A program made the translations under genes and the position numbers. 64,000 nucleotides of DNA from Chloroflexota bacterium (GTDB taxonomy: Bacteria > Chloroflexota > Limnocylindria > Limnocylindrales > CSP1-4). Below are positions 58,819 through 64,000 of this stretch, piece by piece; the stretch's first letter is position 1, and the number at the start of each line of letters is the position of its first letter. Location of the stretch: NCBI GenBank assembly GCA_003141955.1, contig PLOC01000003.1:462-64461 (forward strand). Direction: 5' to 3'. The notes beneath the pieces were generated by a model that was not told the DNA's origin, made no database searches, and saw nothing but the letters and a program-made list of their open reading frames with translations.

Positions 58819-59217
58819 ATGCAGGTCCTCAAGAAGCAGCCGACGGTGAAGGCTCCGGCCGAGACATTCACGGGCGACGCCTGGTTCGACGTCATCGCCC
58901 GCGGCGAGGAACCGTCGCGGATTCGCGTCAGCGTCGTCCGGTTCGCGCCGGGCGCACGCAATGCCTGGCATGCGCACGCGGTCGGGCAGACGGTGCACGT
59001 GACCGAGGGAGTAGGGCTCATCCAGGCTCGCGGCGAGAAGGTCATCGAGATTCACCCCGGCGACACTATCCACACCCCTCCCGGCGAGTGGCACTGGCAC
59101 GGAGCCGCGCCCGATCGCTTCATGACTCACCTCGCCATGTGGGAGGCGTCGGCCGAGGGCGAGGAAGCTGAGTGGGGCGCACTGGTCACCGACGCCGAGT
59201 ACCTCGGCAGTCGGTAG
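58819..59217 (+). CDS. cupin-domain protein
   Basis: AWHAHAVGQTVHVTEGVGLI...GEWHWHGA are the cupin motifs. ATG 58819 sits 6 nt after AAGGAG. Confidence 0.7.
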   Translation: MQVLKKQPTVKAPAETFTGDAWFDVIARGEEPSRIRVSVVRFAPGARNAWHAHAVGQTVHVTEGVGLIQARGEKVIEIHPGDTIHTPPGEWHWHGAAPDRFMTHLAMWEASAEGEEAEWGALVTDAEYLGSR

Positions 59218-59242
59218 CCGGCAGGAGAAGGAGGTTTGCGCC

Positions 59243-59617
59243 ATGTCCGGCTGGACTGCGGACGAGCTCGCGCGGATAGGCAAGGCCGACGAGCTCCAGA
59301 TCACTTCGCGACGCCGCGACGGTTCCCTCCGGCCCTACGTGACCATCTGGGTCGTCCGCTCGGGCGACGACCTGTACGTGCGCTCAGCCTATGGTCGGCA
59401 CAACGGCTGGTTCCGGCGCGCGCTGTCGTCTGGCGCGGGCCGGATCCGCGCCGGCGGTTTGGAGCGGGACGTCGCGTTCGAGGAGCCAGGTTCCGCCGTG
59501 GACGACGAGCTCCACCGGGCCTACCACGCGAAGTACGACCGCTACGGGCCGACCTTCGTCGGTCCGGTGGTTTCGCCCGAGGCGGCCAGGTCAACCCTCA
59601 GGCTCGTGCCTAGGTAG
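59243..59617 (+). CDS. DUF2255-family protein
   Basis: MSGWTADELARIGKADELQITSRRRDGSLRPYVTIWVVRSGDDLYVRSAYG... Confidence 0.6.
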   Translation: MSGWTADELARIGKADELQITSRRRDGSLRPYVTIWVVRSGDDLYVRSAYGRHNGWFRRALSSGAGRIRAGGLERDVAFEEPGSAVDDELHRAYHAKYDRYGPTFVGPVVSPEAARSTLRLVPR

Positions 59618-59690
59618 ACGTATCTCGGGTCTTGCGATACGGCCTCGAGATGGACGGGGAGGCGAGCCCATAAGCGAGCGTCGTGCCAGT

Positions 59691-59722
59691 CGTGATCACG
59701 ATAGGTGTTGTTATCGTGATCA
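59691..59722 (+). promoter_or_regulatory. palindromic operator-like site
   Basis: TGATCACGATA-ggtgttgt-TATCGTGATCA (11-bp arms), including the perfect 10-bp palindrome CGTGATCACG, in a GC-poor patch 60 nt upstream of the next gene. Confidence 0.4.
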
Positions 59723-59779
59723 GGCCGACCCGGTGGCACGGGATCCGGTTGATTTCGCGACGAGGCCCGATACTGTGAA

Positions 59780-60691
59780 GTGGATATGAGCGAGCCTTCA
59801 TCGGACTCCGATCCCACCGATGGCACGACGAAGCGTAACGGGCCCGAACCTGGATTCGAAGAGATCCCGCTCGACCTCTCCAAGGTGCCCTCGCTCGAAC
59901 AGGGTCTCGCCGACGCCTCGAGGCGTTACCGGGTCTTCATGGAGATCGTTGGCGAGTCCCTGCGGCCGATCAAGGGCGCAGTGATCTTCCGCGAGCACCT
60001 GGCTCTCGTGTCGTTTGTCAACCGAGCATCATCTCTCCACAAGGCGATCGTGTCGGCGGTCGAGGGCGCAAACCCTCATGCGGCCTTCACACTCCTGCGG
60101 GCATACCTCGCACTCGTCGTTCTAGTCCGGTATCTCGACCTACACCCTGGCTACCTCGACGACTTGGAGAAGCCCAGGCCGGCGGGAAAGCGCAAGAGGT
60201 TCAAGGAACTCTTCGAGGACGCCGCCAGCGAGATGGCCGGGGTCCGCCTCGTCTACGCCACCCTGTCGGAGATGGCGCACTTCGGCTCGACAGCCTTGTG
60301 GCACCCCTTCACCATCACGGATGAGGCCGAGCGGACGCTTTCCTTCTCGACTGCGCCGCACTGGAAGCACCCAGATGACGGCCGCATCGCCCTAGCGATG
60401 CTCGCCGAGTCCGACGAGGCAATGATCGAGGTCCTCCACCGCTACTCGGAGCACCACGTCCTGCCCAAGGTCGAGCAGCATCGCAGCGCCGAGCGCATCC
60501 GCGCCGCGTTCGAGGCCGCCGGCGCCACGCCCGGTGAGGTGGGCATCGGGTTCTTGTCACCCGAGCTAGGCCGGGAGGCGCTTGCTGCCGGGCTTGTCGA
60601 GTGGTGCGAGGAGCACGAAGCCATGGAAGTCGCCGAGGGGGTCACCCCCGAGCGGGTCGAGAAGTGGGTGCAGGAGCGTCAAGGCTCGTGA
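59780..60691 (+). CDS. hypothetical protein
   Basis: 303 aa with no recognisable motif. GTG 59780 or ATG 59786. Confidence 0.45.
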   Translation: MDMSEPSSDSDPTDGTTKRNGPEPGFEEIPLDLSKVPSLEQGLADASRRYRVFMEIVGESLRPIKGAVIFREHLALVSFVNRASSLHKAIVSAVEGANPHAAFTLLRAYLALVVLVRYLDLHPGYLDDLEKPRPAGKRKRFKELFEDAASEMAGVRLVYATLSEMAHFGSTALWHPFTITDEAERTLSFSTAPHWKHPDDGRIALAMLAESDEAMIEVLHRYSEHHVLPKVEQHRSAERIRAAFEAAGATPGEVGIGFLSPELGREALAAGLVEWCEEHEAMEVAEGVTPERVEKWVQERQGS

Positions 60692-61099
60692 GAGGTTCGT
60701 AACCCGCTGTGGAGTCAACGGACCGTGTCGTCATCGCGCCCGTGCGGGCGCCCGTCGGTTCACGATAATGAGTTTTATGGTGTTAACCGGCGAGCTCCAG
60801 ACGTCGGCTGCGCGCTCTGGCCGCGCCTGATCGGAGGGGGATTCGCCACGACCTGACTGAGACTGTTTGCCGGCGCGGCAGAATGTCGGGTTCGACGTGT
60901 CGACTACGGATCGTTGGAGGCGGGCGTCGTCATAATGGCCCTGCCCTGCACACTGCTGTTCCTCGGGCTCCAGGGACAGTACGTGCGAGGCTTCATGTCC
61001 GGAGCAATCAAGGGCTGATCGACCAGGGGCTGATCGACGGGGAGTGCGCGGTTCGGGCCCCCGATCGATCGAGACCCTAGATAGTTTGGAGTAGCTGAG

Positions 61100-62608
61100 T
61101 TGAAGGCGCTCGGAGAATTCGAGGTCTGGTTCGTAACGGGCAGCCAGGACCTCTACGGCGAAGAGACGCTCCGCCAGGTGGCCGAGAACTCGGGCAAGAT
61201 CGCGGCCGCCCTCGACTCCGGCGAGTCGATCCCGGTTCGAGTGGTCTGGAAGCCCGTCGTGAAGAACTCGGAAGCGATCCTGGCGACTCTCATCGAGGCG
61301 GGCGCCACGGACAAGTGCGTCGGCGTCATCGCCTGGATGCACACCTTCTCTCCGGCGAGGATGTGGATCGCCGGCCTGCAGGCCCTGCAGAAACCCCTTC
61401 TCCACCTGCACACCCAGTACAACCGCGATCTCCCGTGGGCCGAGATCGACATGGACTTCATGAACCTCAACCAGGCCGCGCACGGCGACCGTGAGTTCGC
61501 CCACATCGAGGCCAGGCTGGGGTTGCGGCGCAAGACGGTTGCCGGCCACTGGCAGGAGAAGGCGGTCCAGGAACGGATCGGAACGTGGTGCCGGGCCGCG
61601 TGCGGACTGCACGAGTCACGCCACCTCAAGCTGGCCCGCTTCGGCGACAACATGCGCAACGTGGCCGTCACCGAAGGCGACAAGGTCTCCGCCCAGGTGC
61701 AGTTCGGAGTCACGGTCAACGGCTTCGGCGTATCTGATCTAAGCGACGCGGTGCGGGCAGTGGCGGACGCAAAGGTCGACGAACTGGTTCGGGCCTATGA
61801 AGCCACATACGAAGTCGCACCGTCCCTCCGAGCCGGCGGCGCAGATCGCGAGGCCCTCCGCGAAGCGGCCCGGATAGAGGCTGCACTTCGGGAGTTCATG
61901 ACCGTGGGCGGCTTCAGCGCCATCACCGACACCTTCGAGAACCTCGATGGGCTCAAGCAGCTGCCCGGCATCGCCGCTCAGCGTTTGATGGCAGACGGCT
62001 ACGGGTTCGGTGCGGAAGGCGACTGGAAGACCGCCGTCATGGTCCGTCTGGTCAAGGTCATGGCGAAGGGGCTGCCGGGCGGAACGTCGTTCATGGAGGA
62101 CTACACATACCATCTCGATCCCGCAGGGCCGAAGGTGCTGGGCGCGCACATGCTCGAGGTCTGCCCCTCGATCTCCGACGGCAAGGTCTCCTGCGAGATT
62201 CATCCGCTGTCTATCGGCGGTAGAAGCGACCCCGTACGGCTGGTCTTTGACGCGGGATCCGGCCCGGCCGTGGTCACGGCCTTGATGGACATGGGCGACC
62301 GATTCCGGATCGTCGCCAACGAGATCGACCTCGTGCCGCCGGACGAGCCGATGGGCAAACTGCCCGTTGGGCGCGCGGTTTGGAAGCCACGCCCGAACTT
62401 CGCCACCGCAACCGAGAGCTGGCTCACAGCAGGTGGCTCTCACCACACAGTGCTGACCCGGGCCGTGGGTGTCGGAGTGATCGCCGACTTCGCCGAGATG
62501 GCCGGTTGCGAGTTTCTGCTTATCGACAGCGACACGACCGTCGCCAGCTTCAAGAAGGAGCTTCGCTGGAACGAGGCTTACTACCACCTGGCCCGTGGCC
62601 TGCGATGA
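61100..62608 (+). CDS. araA: L-arabinose isomerase
   Basis: [21 protein letters not shown]...[10 protein letters not shown]...MEDYTYH... TTG start after GGAG. Confidence 0.9.
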   Translation: MKALGEFEVWFVTGSQDLYGEETLRQVAENSGKIAAALDSGESIPVRVVWKPVVKNSEAILATLIEAGATDKCVGVIAWMHTFSPARMWIAGLQALQKPLLHLHTQYNRDLPWAEIDMDFMNLNQAAHGDREFAHIEARLGLRRKTVAGHWQEKAVQERIGTWCRAACGLHESRHLKLARFGDNMRNVAVTEGDKVSAQVQFGVTVNGFGVSDLSDAVRAVADAKVDELVRAYEATYEVAPSLRAGGADREALREAARIEAALREFMTVGGFSAITDTFENLDGLKQLPGIAAQRLMADGYGFGAEGDWKTAVMVRLVKVMAKGLPGGTSFMEDYTYHLDPAGPKVLGAHMLEVCPSISDGKVSCEIHPLSIGGRSDPVRLVFDAGSGPAVVTALMDMGDRFRIVANEIDLVPPDEPMGKLPVGRAVWKPRPNFATATESWLTAGGSHHTVLTRAVGVGVIADFAEMAGCEFLLIDSDTTVASFKKELRWNEAYYHLARGLR

Positions 62609-62641
62609 ACGCGGCCGTGCCCTGCGAACGGAGGAGACCAA

Positions 62642-63361
62642 TTGGCGTCGCTTTCGCTGGCTGAGTTGCGGGAAGAGGTCCTGCGAGCCAACCAGGCGCT
62701 CGTTCGTGCCGGGCTCGTGACCCTTTCATTCGGCAACGCCAGCGGCGTCGACCGAGATGCCGGCGTCCTCGTCATCAAACCGAGCGGGGTTCCTTACGAC
62801 GAGCTCCGACCGGAGAGCCTGGTCGTCGTCTCGCTCGAGGACGGCCGGGCAGTCGAAGGCCAGCTGAGCCCGTCTTCTGACACGCCCACTCACCTGGTCC
62901 TCTATCGCCGCTTCCCCGAGATTGGTGGCGTGGTCCACACGCACTCACCCGCAGCCACGGCCTGGGCTCAGGCCGGACGATCGATCCCTCCTCTGGGAAC
63001 GACGCACGCCGACCACTTCCTCGGCCCGGTGCCGGTGACGCGGCAAATGACCTCGAGCGAGGTCGCGGGCGAGTACGAGGCCGAGACCGGCGCAGTGATC
63101 ATCGAGGCGCTGGGGCGGCTTGGGCTGAGCGCCACCGAGATGCCGGCCGTGCTTGTGACCTCGCATGGGCCCTTTACCTGGGGCCGCGACGCCTCGGAGG
63201 CCGCGGACAACGCCACCGCCCTCGAGGCCGTGGCGGCGATGGCGGCTCAGACGCTCGCCCTCAACCCGAATGCCGAGCCGATGGCCGACTACCTGCTGGA
63301 GCGCCACTTTCGGCGTAAGCACGGCCCCAACGCTTACTACGGGCAGCGAGGCGGCGGATGA
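62642..63361 (+). CDS. araD: L-ribulose-5-phosphate 4-epimerase
   Basis: Class II aldolase fold: GLVTLSFGNASGVDRDAGVLVIKPSGV...GVVHTHSPAATAW. TTG start after GGAGGAG. Confidence 0.85.
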   Translation: MASLSLAELREEVLRANQALVRAGLVTLSFGNASGVDRDAGVLVIKPSGVPYDELRPESLVVVSLEDGRAVEGQLSPSSDTPTHLVLYRRFPEIGGVVHTHSPAATAWAQAGRSIPPLGTTHADHFLGPVPVTRQMTSSEVAGEYEAETGAVIIEALGRLGLSATEMPAVLVTSHGPFTWGRDASEAADNATALEAVAAMAAQTLALNPNAEPMADYLLERHFRRKHGPNAYYGQRGGG

Positions 63362-64000
63362 GCACCTCGACCGCGCCGGGGAGTGATCAGGCAGAAGAGG
63401 GAGCAGGACAGGGAGAAGGCGCCGCGGCTGAACCTCGCTACACGATAGGTGTCGATTTCGGGACCGAATCAGCGCGGGCCGTGCTGGTCGACGTTGCGGA
63501 TGGGCGAGAGCTGGGTGTGGAGGTCTACACGTATCGCAACGGCGTCATCGACGAGCGACTGCCAGACCCTGACGCAGACGTAATCCTCGCCCCGGACTGG
63601 GCGCTCCAGGATCCGAACGACTACCTGGAAACGTTCAAGCAGGCGGTGCCCGGCGCAGTCACGAAGGCGGGCATCGACCCGGCCGCGGTGATCGGGATCG
63701 GCATCGATTTCACGGCGTGCACGATGCTACCCACCACCAGCGATGGCACGCCGCTGTGCTTCTTGGACCAATATCGCCGTCAGCCGCATGCGTGGGTGAA
63801 GCTCTGGAAGCATCATGCTGCCCAGCCCGAGGCAGACGACATCAACCGCGTCGCGGCCGAGAGGGGGGAGATTTGGCCTGCCCGCTACGGAGGCAGGATC
63901 TCGTCTGAGTGGTTCTTTCCCAAGGCCCTGCAGATCCTGCGCGAGGCACCGGAGATCTACGCAACGGCCGACCGTCTGATCGAGGCGGCCGATTGGGTGG
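63358..64000 (+). CDS. araB: ribulokinase, N-terminal part (runs off window end)
   Basis: YTIGVDFGTESARAVLVD... is the FGGY N-terminus. ATG overlaps the araD stop (ATGA). Confidence 0.8.
   Translation, partial: MSTSTAPGSDQAEEGAGQGEGAAAEPRYTIGVDFGTESARAVLVDVADGRELGVEVYTYRNGVIDERLPDPDADVILAPDWALQDPNDYLETFKQAVPGAVTKAGIDPAAVIGIGIDFTACTMLPTTSDGTPLCFLDQYRRQPHAWVKLWKHHAAQPEADDINRVAAERGEIWPARYGGRISSEWFFPKALQILREAPEIYATADRLIEAADWV

Overview
This is a high-GC (about 70%) bacterial chromosomal segment that is densely coded on both strands. Many adjacent genes overlap at their stop and start codons (ATGA, GTGA or TTGA), and GTG and TTG starts are frequent. The gene content points to an Actinomycetota- or Chloroflexota-like organism: F420-type enzymes, an MMPL transporter, GT87/DUF2029 glycosyltransferases and a Geobacter-type citramalate synthase. 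That inference rests on gene content only.

Core metabolic blocks:
- leuD-leuC on the minus strand.
- An ilvB-ilvN-ilvC-leuB-cimA-pheA cluster, preceded by a leader region that ends in a clear intrinsic terminator.
- upp and uraA, a convergent uracil salvage pair.
- mgtA, a P-type ATPase.
- A DeoR-linked sugar-phosphate cluster.
- araA-araD-araB, which runs off the end of the window.

Accessory content:
1. A SipW-type signal peptidase locus with one TasA/camelysin-like protein and two duplicated small SipW-substrate paralogs, next to a PilZ gene.
2. An IS-like element with a MULE/IS256-type transposase, bounded by 29-bp inverted repeats, sitting between upp and uraA.
3. A tRNA-Gly(CCC) integration hotspot carrying an integrase, an AbiEi/AbiEii pair, a decayed second element and three direct repeats of the tRNA 5' half.
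4. An operon encoding a signal-peptide-less thermolysin-like metallopeptidase, a ComEC-type MBL hydrolase and a His8-containing repeat protein.
5. Three DUF2029/GT87 membrane glycosyltransferase paralogs, two of them next to the MMPL transporter and a Ddn-like nitroreductase.

No CRISPR array or rRNA gene is present. Nearly all long opposite-strand ORFs in the six-frame track are high-GC shadow ORFs.
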